A stretch of 64,000 nucleotides of DNA from assembly GCA_019058315.1 (NCBI GenBank), contig JAHPZH010000003.1:41669-105668 (forward strand). Reading direction: 5' to 3'. A program made the position numbers and the translations under genes. The notes under the pieces were generated by a model that worked only from the letters and a program-made list of their open reading frames with translations, had not been told where the DNA came from and did no database searches. The first letter of the stretch is position 1. Each line of letters begins with the position of its first letter. Below are positions 1-9,842 of this stretch, piece after piece. Source of the DNA: Candidatus Helarchaeota archaeon. Its GTDB lineage: Archaea > Asgardarchaeota > Lokiarchaeia > Helarchaeales > RDOG01.

Positions 1-240
1 ACTACTCCCGAGCCGGTAACTACTACACCCGAACCGGTGACGACTACTCCCGAGCCGGTAACTACTACTCCCGAACCGGTGACGACTACTCCCGAGCCGG
101 TAACTACTACACCCGAACCGGTGACGACTACTCTCGAGCCGGTGACGATAACACCCGAGCCGGTAACTACTACACCTGAACCGGTAACAACTACACCTGA
201 ACCAGTGACTACTACACCCGAACAAGTTACAACCACACCT
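1..240 (+). repeat. In-frame 21-nt tandem repeat encoding PEPVTTT (about 11 units visible)
   Basis: Units such as cccgagccggtaactactaca / cccgaaccggtgacgactact, with synonymous variation and no unique spacers. Confidence 0.95.
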
Positions 241-945
241 CCAATTTCAACTCCTATAGAAACCCCTTCAATACCAGAAACTGTGTCAACAACTTCGCAA
301 CCGCAAATTGAAAAAGTTGAGGAAGTTGTGAAAAATAATCTCGATGGACTTATGATACTTACAATAAAATCAGATTATCAAACTCTAAATGATAAAATTT
401 CAACAATAGAAAAAATTGAATCCGATAATGAAAAAGAAACAGCTTTGAGACTTATTAAAATATTGATTAAGAAAAGTGAATTTGAAGGTCTGGATGAAAA
501 TTCAAAATATTTTATTATTCAAGCACGTATTTCTTTACATTATCTTCTATCGAACTTTTTTATTGAAGCATCTCAAAACTCTCAAGCAGCAGAACATTTT
601 TTATCGATTGCTCGGGATATGTGGCTCTTAGATCAGCCAATAGATAGTATAATAGAATACTTTATAATGGCTTCGTCTCTTTCACTGACATATAACAATC
701 AATTAATAAAAAGGTTTTTTGAAAATCAGGATGGGTTCTTTAAATGGTTAAACGAGCAAGGAGATGTTCGATTCAGATTGATTAGATCCTTGTTCAGGGT
801 AGATTCAAATCAGGATCGTAGTTTATTAAATGATGTTGTTGAACGTTTCAGAAATAATCGTGTGAGATTTTCTGAGAATCTGCAATATTACTTAGAAATG
901 GCCATAGAAAGGGTTAAATCAGTTTTGAATAGATTTAGAATATAA
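1..945 (+). CDS. Hypothetical protein, 5'-truncated by the window edge, with a Pro/Thr-rich (PEPVTTT)n linker followed by a helical C-terminal domain
   Basis: Frame 1 is open from base 1 (act act ccc gag ccg gta...), so the real start lies upstream; stop TAA at 943-945. Confidence 0.8.
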   Translation, partial: TTPEPVTTTPEPVTTTPEPVTTTPEPVTTTPEPVTTTPEPVTTTLEPVTITPEPVTTTPEPVTTTPEPVTTTPEQVTTTPPISTPIETPSIPETVSTTSQPQIEKVEEVVKNNLDGLMILTIKSDYQTLNDKISTIEKIESDNEKETALRLIKILIKKSEFEGLDENSKYFIIQARISLHYLLSNFFIEASQNSQAAEHFLSIARDMWLLDQPIDSIIEYFIMASSLSLTYNNQLIKRFFENQDGFFKWLNEQGDVRFRLIRSLFRVDSNQDRSLLNDVVERFRNNRVRFSENLQYYLEMAIERVKSVLNRFRI

Positions 946-1068
946 ATTGCTTTTTTAACCGAATCTATTAAGTTTTTTTTATTAATTAAGTGGATTATTT
1001 TTAACTTTTTGTAGATAAATTTAAATGATATCAGAATTAGGTAACAATATAATGATTTTATAGGGAAT

Positions 1069-2730
1069 ATGATTAAAATGAAAAGAAAAGTAACCTTAAT
1101 CTTTTTAACACTGTTTTTTAGTTTTACGCTTATATCCTTAGTAAATTCCAATATTTCATTATTGCTAAGTAATTATACTATAGATTCAGCTTCTGAAATA
1201 TCTACAAGCGAAACCGCACAAACTTCATGGACCGATAATGGCACCCCTATCTATACAAGTGCAACATACCCCCAAGATAATCCCCAGATTTGCAGTGATG
1301 GTGCAGGAGGTGCAATCATTGCATGGGCAGATGCTAGGAGTGGAACACATTATGATATTTATGCACAAAAAATATTTGCAAATGGGAGCGTTGCCTGGAC
1401 ACCTGGCGGAGTAGCAATTTGTACAGATGGTGAATTCCAATTGTATATTCAAATTTGTAGTGATGGCGCAGGGGGGGCTATTATCTCTTGGACGGATTAT
1501 AGAACTGATGGTTATCCAAATAATCCTGATGTTTATGCACGAAAAATAAACGCAAACGGGGTACCACAATGGACATCAAATGGAGTCTCAATTTGCACAG
1601 AAAGTAATACTCAAGGAGTTCAACAAATGTGTAGTGATGGAACGGGGGGCGCAATTATCACATGGATAGATGATAGAGCCAGTGCGGGAAACTATGATCT
1701 TTATGCACAAAGAGTGCTATCAACTGGGGCTGTGGACTGGACTCCAAATGGAGTTATAATCAGTACATTTATTAACATGCTTCCCAGTATTTGTAGCGAT
1801 GGGTCTGGAGGTGCAATAATCACTTGGCAATCAAGTGATTTAATGGCACAGAAAGTCAATCCAAGTGGGGTTGTACAATGGGCAATAGATGGTGTACCAT
1901 TAACTTCAACTTTGGGTGGAGAAAGCGAACCTGATATTTGTAGTGATGGAAATGGCGGGGCTATTATTGTCTGGAAAGACTGGAGAGAACCTAATTCTGA
2001 TATTTACGCTCGTAAAATAAATTCAATTGGGGGCGTAGAGTGGATTCCTGATGGTGTTCCAATATGCACTTCAGGCGGTGACCAAGAAATCCCTCAGATT
2101 TGTAGTGATGGTGAAGGTGGCGCAATTATCACTTGGCAAGATGGAAATATTTATGCCCAAAAAATCAACCAATATGGGAGCCTAGAATGGATTACTAATG
2201 GGGAAGCAATATGTACGGCCACAGGCATTCAAAGATATGCTCAAATCTGTAGCGATGGTGCAGGCGGTGCAATTATCACCTGGGAAGATTGTAGAGGTCT
2301 CGATATTGATATTTACGCACAGAAAATAAGTAAAAGTGGTGCTGTGGAATGGACAACTAATGGTCATTTGATATGTAATGCAGATGGACAACAACAAGTT
2401 CCCCAAATTTGTAGTGATGGTGAAGGTGGTGCTATCATTACTTGGGACGATGCAAGAACTAGTGATGATGATATATATGCTCAAAGAATAATTGGAACTC
2501 CAGATGATGTGTTAGATATAGTAACATTGATTTCATTAGGTGTGTTGTCGCAATACGGAGGGTTTATTGATGAATTCTTCGGAATTTTAAATAAAACTCT
2601 AAATATTCTATTATCTCCATTGGTATTGGGTAGTATTGTATTAGGAGAAATACTCATTATTATGATATTATCTTCTGTTGTTTCCCATCAAAGAAAAACA
2701 CATATAAAAAACAAAAACTCGGAAAAATAA
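1069..2730 (+). CDS. Membrane-anchored extracellular repeat protein (8 x CSDGxGGAIIxW repeats, probable beta-propeller), paralog 1
   Basis: N-terminal basic+hydrophobic signal, eight ~55-aa repeats, C-terminal TM helix plus basic tail. Confidence 0.85.
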   Translation: MIKMKRKVTLIFLTLFFSFTLISLVNSNISLLLSNYTIDSASEISTSETAQTSWTDNGTPIYTSATYPQDNPQICSDGAGGAIIAWADARSGTHYDIYAQKIFANGSVAWTPGGVAICTDGEFQLYIQICSDGAGGAIISWTDYRTDGYPNNPDVYARKINANGVPQWTSNGVSICTESNTQGVQQMCSDGTGGAIITWIDDRASAGNYDLYAQRVLSTGAVDWTPNGVIISTFINMLPSICSDGSGGAIITWQSSDLMAQKVNPSGVVQWAIDGVPLTSTLGGESEPDICSDGNGGAIIVWKDWREPNSDIYARKINSIGGVEWIPDGVPICTSGGDQEIPQICSDGEGGAIITWQDGNIYAQKINQYGSLEWITNGEAICTATGIQRYAQICSDGAGGAIITWEDCRGLDIDIYAQKISKSGAVEWTTNGHLICNADGQQQVPQICSDGEGGAIITWDDARTSDDDIYAQRIIGTPDDVLDIVTLISLGVLSQYGGFIDEFFGILNKTLNILLSPLVLGSIVLGEILIIMILSSVVSHQRKTHIKNKNSEK

Positions 2731-2751
2731 AAAGTAAAGGAGTTAGTACAA

Positions 2752-4407
2752 ATGAGAAAAAAAATTACAATTCTTCTCTTAACAATTGTCCTTAGTTTTG
2801 CTCTTAATTCTTTAATAAATTCAAACATTTCAATATATTTCAGCAAGAATACTTTAAATTCTGCCAATCAAATATCCACAAACGGAATGGCACAAATTGC
2901 ATGGGCTGATAATGGCACTCCAATTTCCATCGCAGCATTTGATCAAGAAGATCCTCAAATTTGCAGTGACGGGGCTGGGGGTGCAATCATCACATGGACG
3001 GATATTAGGAATGGTGTAACAAATTATTTTGATATTTACGCACAAAGAATATTTGCAAATGGAAGTGTGGCATGGACACCAGGCGGAGTACCAATTTGTA
3101 CAGCAAGTGATTATCAGGTTTTAGTTCAAATTTGTAGTGATGGTGCAGGTGGGGCCATTATTTCATGGACTGATTATAGAACTGATGGTTATCCAACTAA
3201 CCCCGATGTTTATGCACGAAAAATAAACGCAAACGGGGTACCAGAATGGACATCAAATGGTGTCCCAATTTGTACAGAAAGTAATACTCAAGGGTTGCAG
3301 CAAATGTGTAGTGATGGAGCCGGAGGTGCAATTATCACTTGGATAGATGATAGAACCGCTGTGTCAAGCTATAATATTTATGCACAAAGAGTGCTATCAA
3401 CTGGGGTTCGAGACTGGACTCTAAATGGAGAATTAATTTGTCCAACACTGTCATTATATCCCGCAATTTGTAGTGATGGATCTGGAGGTGCAATAATCAC
3501 TTGGACTGATACTAGTGATGGGAATTATAATATATATGCACAAAAAGTCAATCCAAGTGGGTTAGAACAATGGACAGCAAATGGGGAAGTACTTTGTTCG
3601 GATTCTAATACTCAAGATGAACCTCAAATTTGCATTGATGGGGATGGCGGGGCGATTATTGTATGGAGAGATACTAGAGGATCAACCGATGATATTTACG
3701 CTCGTAAAATAAATTCAAGCGGGGATGTGGAATGGACTAGTAATGGTGTGCCAATATGCACAGCAGGTGGTAACCAAGATGATCATCAAATTTGCAGCGA
3801 TGGTGCGGGTGGAGCAATCATCACATGGGATGATGGAAATATTTGGGCCCAAAAAATCGATACAGATGGAGTTGTAAAATGGACTACAAATGGCAAAGCA
3901 ATTTGTACAGCCACAGACACTCAACAATATGCTCAAATCTGCAGTGATGGTGCAGGTGGTGCAATTATAACTTGGGAAGATCATAGAGGTCCCAATGTAG
4001 ATATTTACGCACAGAAAATAAGTAATCGTGGTTCGTTGCAATGGACTATTAATGGTCATTTGATATGTAATGCAGATGGACTTCAAGAAGTTCCACAAAT
4101 ATGTAGTGATGGTGCAGGCGGTGCAATCATTACATGGGATGATGAAAGACATGGGGATACTTTTGATGATATATACGCTCAAAGAATATTTGATAAATCT
4201 GAAGATGATCTACCCTTATATATGTTTGGTTTAGTAATACCACAATCAGGAGGACTACTAGAAGAGATCCTCGGATTTTTTAATGACCTTTTTAATACAG
4301 TTGTTAGTATTGTTCTTTCCCCCATAGTGTTAGGTAGTATAGCTATTGTCGGATTTCTCTTTATAGTAATTCTATCCTCAGTTATTTCTCATCACAGAAA
4401 AAAGTAA
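2752..4407 (+). CDS. Membrane-anchored extracellular repeat protein (8 x CSDGxGGAIIxW repeats), paralog 2
   Basis: Collinear with 1069-2730; aaggag RBS; identical 39-nt block at 1528-1566 and 3205-3243. Confidence 0.85.
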   Translation: MRKKITILLLTIVLSFALNSLINSNISIYFSKNTLNSANQISTNGMAQIAWADNGTPISIAAFDQEDPQICSDGAGGAIITWTDIRNGVTNYFDIYAQRIFANGSVAWTPGGVPICTASDYQVLVQICSDGAGGAIISWTDYRTDGYPTNPDVYARKINANGVPEWTSNGVPICTESNTQGLQQMCSDGAGGAIITWIDDRTAVSSYNIYAQRVLSTGVRDWTLNGELICPTLSLYPAICSDGSGGAIITWTDTSDGNYNIYAQKVNPSGLEQWTANGEVLCSDSNTQDEPQICIDGDGGAIIVWRDTRGSTDDIYARKINSSGDVEWTSNGVPICTAGGNQDDHQICSDGAGGAIITWDDGNIWAQKIDTDGVVKWTTNGKAICTATDTQQYAQICSDGAGGAIITWEDHRGPNVDIYAQKISNRGSLQWTINGHLICNADGLQEVPQICSDGAGGAIITWDDERHGDTFDDIYAQRIFDKSEDDLPLYMFGLVIPQSGGLLEEILGFFNDLFNTVVSIVLSPIVLGSIAIVGFLFIVILSSVISHHRKK

Positions 4408-4481
4408 TAATGTTAAGAAACGAAAACCCTAACTTTTTTTTATTTTTTTTATAATTATTTGAATTTTTTGATGAATTTCTT

Positions 4482-5237
4482 ATGCCAATCTCAAAAAAAG
4501 CACTAATAGAATTTGCTCTTCAAACAAATCCAGCTAAATTTTGCTTTGTTATATATGATTTATTGACAATGCCCGAAAAATGCGATATTTTTGGTGAAAA
4601 ATCAAATTTTATTTTCAAATTCCTAGAACATTACGTTTTTTATGGCTCAAATTGTTTCAATTACTTTAAGGATATTCCCCATGAAGAAGGTTTAGTAAGA
4701 ATTGATTTTGATAAAGAAAATTTATCTAACATACAAAAACACTTCCAAGGATTTAGAATCACTGATAAATCGGGAGAAGGACAATATAATTACTTTCTAA
4801 ATATGTTTTGTATTAATTCTCAATTCAGAAGAGATTTTAAAATTAAAAATGAAGGTATACGTGAAATAACCTTAAAAGACTGGACGGATAATGCTCCGAT
4901 AGATGTTAAAAATTTTTTAGAACAATCAGTTACTTGTTTTGGTTCAGTTCAGGATAATAAATTAATCTCGTGTGCTCCTTCACCAGATTTATATCTTGGA
5001 AATGAAGCACAAAAGTTCGCTATTATTAGAGGAGTATGGACAGATCCACAACACAGAAGAAAGGGCTTAGCTTCTGCTTCAATGAAAAAATTGTGTTTAA
5101 AGTTAATTGATGAGATTAAAGTCGAGAATATTTACTTATTTGTAGAGGAGAGAAATCCTACTGCAATTAACATATATAAAAAGCTCGGTTTCCAGGCAAC
5201 TGGAAAATGGTGGAGTAGTCAGTGTTATTTCCGATAG
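4482..5237 (+). CDS. GNAT family N-acetyltransferase (C-terminal GNAT domain)
   Basis: VWTDPQHRRKGLA acetyl-CoA motif; NPTAINIYKKLGF. Confidence 0.85.
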   Translation: MPISKKALIEFALQTNPAKFCFVIYDLLTMPEKCDIFGEKSNFIFKFLEHYVFYGSNCFNYFKDIPHEEGLVRIDFDKENLSNIQKHFQGFRITDKSGEGQYNYFLNMFCINSQFRRDFKIKNEGIREITLKDWTDNAPIDVKNFLEQSVTCFGSVQDNKLISCAPSPDLYLGNEAQKFAIIRGVWTDPQHRRKGLASASMKKLCLKLIDEIKVENIYLFVEERNPTAINIYKKLGFQATGKWWSSQCYFR

Positions 5238-5243
5238 ATTATT

Positions 5244-6401
5244 TCATTCTATAGATATTGGATATTTACCATGTTTATTTACAATCTTTAGAATAGTTGT
5301 AACGGTATCTAATTCATGTAAAGCGGACGGAAAATCCTCTGAAACTCCCATAATAAAATTATCACCTGGCGCAATGCTTTTAAGGATTTCTAAGGTTTTT
5401 TGTTTGACTGCTTTTTTACCATAAAGAGAAACAGTTTCAGGAAAATTACACCAAATTATTTTATCCTTCCACTTTTTCCTTGCTTCTTTAAGTGGCAAGT
5501 CTCCCATTGGAGGTGGTGTGAATGATTCAATTGCATCGATTTTTGTTTTTGGAATTAGATCGGATAAACTAGATATTAATCCATCCATATGAACAATATA
5601 TTTTTTACCTTGTTTATGAAGAATATCTGCTGCCTCATTATAGAAAGGAATACTATAATTTTCAAAAATTGTTGGAGTAGTTATTTGTCCATTTACATTA
5701 TCCACTGCCCAAACTAGTTCTGCTGGAGATTCTGCTGCAATTTTATAGGCTTCTAGTTCTTTTTTATAAATTAGCTTATAAAGCTCCTCAAATTCTTTTC
5801 GATGAGTATAATAATCCAAAGAGAAAGTTCGATATCCCATTAATTGGATCATTGCTTGGATGGGCGATTTAGGCATAGATGCGGGAACAACACCATAATT
5901 TCCCGCCATCATTTGAATCATCATTAATTGATCATATTCCGGTATATATTCAGTCTCTTCAATTAAATATTTTATAACTTCATAGTCTGGAAGATCTTTA
6001 ATGATATAACCATCTTCAGCGAACCAAGGGATATCTAACAATGTTAAACTCTTCCAGTGAGTTTTTACAGATACCCTCCCTTTGGGAGTAGATATAGTAC
6101 CATATACATCATGAGGTCCTTGCATAGAACTTAAAATATCCACAGGCGACCAAGAGGCAGTATCACCATAATCATGGGTCAATATCATTTTAACTTTGGG
6201 ACATTTAACTTTGTAAATAGGTGCTAAAAACGTTAGATTCAACCCAAGACCTTTATCTAATAATTTTCGCCATGGTTCCGAAAACGCTAATCCAGCAAGG
6301 GTGATTTCGTGAGCATAAGTAGTGAATGGTATTATATCAGGATGTTCGTGGTTTAGAACTGCCAAAATTTTTTCTTTAGCGGTCATTTCTTTTGAGCTCA
6401 T
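5244..6401 (-). CDS. Uroporphyrinogen decarboxylase-family protein (MtaA/CmuA-like corrinoid methyltransferase)
   Basis: MTAKEKILAVLNHEHPDIIPF start, HMDG, IDAIESFTPPPMGD; start overlaps the corrinoid gene stop (ATGA). Confidence 0.75.
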   Translation of the reverse strand: MSSKEMTAKEKILAVLNHEHPDIIPFTTYAHEITLAGLAFSEPWRKLLDKGLGLNLTFLAPIYKVKCPKVKMILTHDYGDTASWSPVDILSSMQGPHDVYGTISTPKGRVSVKTHWKSLTLLDIPWFAEDGYIIKDLPDYEVIKYLIEETEYIPEYDQLMMIQMMAGNYGVVPASMPKSPIQAMIQLMGYRTFSLDYYTHRKEFEELYKLIYKKELEAYKIAAESPAELVWAVDNVNGQITTPTIFENYSIPFYNEAADILHKQGKKYIVHMDGLISSLSDLIPKTKIDAIESFTPPPMGDLPLKEARKKWKDKIIWCNFPETVSLYGKKAVKQKTLEILKSIAPGDNFIMGVSEDFPSALHELDTVTTILKIVNKHGKYPISIE

Positions 6402-7045
6402 ATTTCATCCATCCATCTTTTACAAATTTTTACCCCTTCAATAACATCTCTTGCATAATCATCGGCCCCAATCATTTCAGCAAACTTTTTTGTTATAGGG
6501 GCACCTCCAATAATTATTTTAACTTGATTTCTGAACCCTGCTTCCTTAAGAGCCTCTATTATTTTTTCCATTTCCTGCATAGTAAAAGTAGTTAAAGCAG
6601 ACATCCCAACAATAAGTGGTTTTTCTTTACGAACTATTTCAACAAATTTTTCTTTTGGAGTATCATTTCCTAAGTCGATCACTTCAAAACCATCAGCTTC
6701 TAAGAATATTTTCAAAAGGTTTTTCCCTATATCGTGTAGATCACCTTGAACAGTACCAATAACTACCTTACCAATCTTAACCATTTCTGTTTTTTTCATA
6801 TGAGGTTTGAGAATTTTCATAACCTTTTTTACATATTCTCCGATAACTATTAGTTCAGGTATAAAATACTCTTTTGCTTCAAATTTTTCTCCTACAATAG
6901 CTAGACCTTTAACTAAACCATTTGTTATTACCTTTGTTGGGGAGATGCCTTTATTTAAAGCTTCTTCACATAATTTTGGAAAATTTTGAATATCCAAATT
7001 TGCAATTGAATTGATTATTTTGTTTAAAATATCAGTTTCAGACAT
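6398..7045 (-). CDS. Methyltransferase corrinoid protein (MtbC/MttC-like)
   Basis: GDLHDIGKN (DxHxxG) B12-binding motif, MSALTT, IIGGAP. Confidence 0.92.
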   Translation of the reverse strand: MSETDILNKIINSIANLDIQNFPKLCEEALNKGISPTKVITNGLVKGLAIVGEKFEAKEYFIPELIVIGEYVKKVMKILKPHMKKTEMVKIGKVVIGTVQGDLHDIGKNLLKIFLEADGFEVIDLGNDTPKEKFVEIVRKEKPLIVGMSALTTFTMQEMEKIIEALKEAGFRNQVKIIIGGAPITKKFAEMIGADDYARDVIEGVKICKRWMDEI

Positions 7046-7162
7046 AAAAATGCAACTTAAAAATTATAATTAGAATTTTTATTAAACTTGGTATATAATT
7101 CTTTATAAAACTCTATCCGAGAAAAATATCAAAAAAAAGCGATTTATTAAAAAAAAGGAATA

Positions 7163-8350
7163 TTATGATTTAATTTTCTTTGCAATTTCTCTGCCATATT
7201 CTACACATTTATCTAATTCTTCAGGATCGGGGATGAATTGATATTTTATGGGTTCCATGATTTCTGGTATTCTGGCTTCTTTGAGTTCTTCAATGACTGC
7301 TTCTTGGCCTCCTTTTGGACTCCAACCATACGATCCAAATGCCCCTGCAACTTTAGCAGGAGGTTTTAATCCCTTTAAATATGTCAAAAATCCACCAACG
7401 GTTGGGAACATTCCATTATTTAGAGTCGGAGTTCCAATAACTAGCCCTCTTGAATCTAATACTTCCTTAATAATATCACTTTTATCAGTTGATGTTAAAT
7501 CATAGATTCTTGCTTCTACTCCTTCTTGGCGTATTCCTTCTAAAATTGCATAAGCCATTTTTTCAGTACTATGCCACATAGTATCATATATAACTAATGC
7601 TTTTTCTTCAGTCTGTCTATTAGCCCAATAAACGTATTTTTCAAGTATTTTACCTAGATGACTTCGCCAAATTACTCCATGAGATGGACAAATCATTTTT
7701 ATATCCAATTTGAGCTCTTGTGTGACTTTTTCTAATACTTTTTTAATTATTGTAGAAAGATGCATTACGATATTTGCATAGTATTTTTTAGCTTCATCTA
7801 AAATTTTAGCTAGATCATTCTCATCGTCAAATATTTTTGATCTTGCGATATGTTGTCCAAACGCATCGTTTGAAAAAAGAATATTATCAGGAGTACAATA
7901 AGTAACCATAGAATCAGGCCAATGAACCATTGGCACAGGCACAAATGTCAAAGTTCTCTTACCCAGGCTTATTGTATCACCTTCTTTGACGGGTTTAATA
8001 TCCCAATCTTTTTTATAAGTCCTAAGAAATCCTTTTTTCCCTCTTTCGGAGGTTACAATCTGTGCATTTGGGACTAATTCTTTCATAACGGGTAGACTTT
8101 GAGAATGATCTCCTTCTAAATGATTACAAATGAAATAATCGATTTTCTTTGGATCAATTATTTCTTTAATGTTTTTAATCTGTTCATTAGCGAAAGGTCC
8201 TTTTACCATGTCTATTAGTGCTATTTTATCATCAATTATCAAATATGAATTATATGTTGACCCTCTGTGGGTACTATATCCATGGAAATTTCTCAAATCC
8301 CAATCAATAACACCGATATAGTGGATATTATCTTTAATTTCGATTTTCAA
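7163..8350 (-). CDS. fprA: Flavodiiron protein FprA (A-type flavoprotein)
   Basis: GSTYNSYLI, HLEGDH, HWPDSM, NDAFGQH, C-terminal flavodoxin domain with FGSYGW. Confidence 0.95.
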   Translation of the reverse strand: MKIEIKDNIHYIGVIDWDLRNFHGYSTHRGSTYNSYLIIDDKIALIDMVKGPFANEQIKNIKEIIDPKKIDYFICNHLEGDHSQSLPVMKELVPNAQIVTSERGKKGFLRTYKKDWDIKPVKEGDTISLGKRTLTFVPVPMVHWPDSMVTYCTPDNILFSNDAFGQHIARSKIFDDENDLAKILDEAKKYYANIVMHLSTIIKKVLEKVTQELKLDIKMICPSHGVIWRSHLGKILEKYVYWANRQTEEKALVIYDTMWHSTEKMAYAILEGIRQEGVEARIYDLTSTDKSDIIKEVLDSRGLVIGTPTLNNGMFPTVGGFLTYLKGLKPPAKVAGAFGSYGWSPKGGQEAVIEELKEARIPEIMEPIKYQFIPDPEELDKCVEYGREIAKKIKS

Positions 8351-8461
8351 CTATTTATCCTCCAAATATGATCAATTTTAATTTAATATAGAAAATGAAT
8401 TTTTAATGCTTATTTTTTATTTAGTAGTATTATTCATTGAGATAAAACTAATGTTTAGTCT

Positions 8462-8820
8462 TTACCTCTTTCGGTCCACACTGCTGTGATCGGTGAAGTA
8501 ACTATAATTAGCTATATATGTTGGAGGATTATGGGTTAATATGTGCCCATCTAAACCTTGTTCTCCAATGCGCAATTTATTTATTCAATTCTTGCCAATC
8601 CTCGATGGTAGCGAGTGCTGCACTCCAACTTTTTATTTGGGACAGCAACTCATCAAGGATAATATCACCTCCTAATAAATTTTTTGTACACCTCACCCAA
8701 GTTTTAGCGAAATCAGGGAATACACGGGATATTCCTTTATGTGGAAGAAGTGCCCATTCGCGGTTCTTATCACGATAGATGATTTGAAATTGACTTTGCC
8801 CTTCCTTATTTTCGCATAAA
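8462..8820. ncRNA. Putative structured non-coding RNA or cis-leader (unassigned family)
   Basis: GC-richer intergenic segment with hairpins at 8462-8501, 8521-8568 and 8598-8660 and a gcgaaa...tttcgc closing stem at ~8707-8815; TATA-like tttataaa at ~8847-8854. Confidence 0.4.
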
Positions 8821-8930
8821 AATAGATTGTTCCTAACCAAAAATCTTTTATAAATTTATATTGAAGATTTTAAAATTGAATTAAATAATAATCTCCTATA
8901 GTATAATTAAAATAATGGCGATTTTGATAA

Positions 8931-9665
8931 ATGTCAAAAAATGATAGTATTAAAGCTTATGATTTAGAGAATAGAGTTAAAACCTATGATAAAGATATGG
9001 ATTTAATGCATCCGAATCGTAAAAAAATGATACAAATTGCGTTAGAATTTTTACCTTTCAACAGGCGAGATTCATTGAAAGCTTTGGATCTTGGTATTGG
9101 TACGGGTCTTTTCACCTTAGAATTTTTAAGTAAATTTACAAATAGTAAAGTTATTGGGATTGATGGAGCAAAAGCTATGATAGAATTGGCTAAAACCCGA
9201 TTAAAATATTTAGAAAATAAGATTGAATTTATTCTTGGCGATTTTAGGAATATAAAACGCATTATTTCCGATATTAGAGATCTTGATGTAATATTTTCAT
9301 CTTATGCGCTGCATCATTTAAATTATGAGGAGAAGGTGGAAGTATTAGGCATTTTGGAGAATAAGCTAAAGAAAGATGGTTGGTTTATTAATGCTGATAT
9401 CATAAAAACTCACTCACCATTGATTGAAAAAAGAATTCAAGAAATTAGGGTGAACGGAATTGTCTACAGAGCTAAGAATAAGGATACTCGATTTATCAAT
9501 TTTAACTCAACAAGAGCGTTTTTAGACGATTTAGAAAGAAATGAAAAAGATCAACCTCTTTCCGCTTCAATAGATTTAGAAATTTTGAGTAAGACAGGCT
9601 TTAAAAATATTGAAATATTATGGAAAGAGTATAGAGAAGCTGTATTCTGTGCTCAAAAGATATAA
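8931..9665 (+). CDS. Class I SAM-dependent methyltransferase
   Basis: ALDLGIGTG motif I, SSYALHHL. Confidence 0.9.
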   Translation: MSKNDSIKAYDLENRVKTYDKDMDLMHPNRKKMIQIALEFLPFNRRDSLKALDLGIGTGLFTLEFLSKFTNSKVIGIDGAKAMIELAKTRLKYLENKIEFILGDFRNIKRIISDIRDLDVIFSSYALHHLNYEEKVEVLGILENKLKKDGWFINADIIKTHSPLIEKRIQEIRVNGIVYRAKNKDTRFINFNSTRAFLDDLERNEKDQPLSASIDLEILSKTGFKNIEILWKEYREAVFCAQKI

Positions 9666-9842
9666 ACAATTGATACGGGATTTCTAAAAAAACCTGTCAG
9701 AATTTTCCCCTTCACCATTATATTTTTTTCATACTATATCATTTTGATAAATGAATGGATTTAATTGTTTATAAAATCGAGTTACGCTTGTTAGTGTGGG
9801 AAATTTTGCTTTAATTATTATTAATAAGAAAGAAATATATAT

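Noticed and set aside
1-240. Regular short repeats as a CRISPR array
   Set aside because: Head-to-tail 21-nt coding repeats with synonymous changes, no spacers and no cas genes
8664-8673. atcacctcct as a 16S rRNA 3' end
   Set aside because: No flanking rRNA sequence; it is simply the reverse complement of a strong SD
8518-8840. ORFs 8518-8778(+) and 8577-8840(-) as proteins
   Set aside because: They overlap each other, show no recognisable motifs, and the region is better explained by RNA structure; a pseudogene is not excluded
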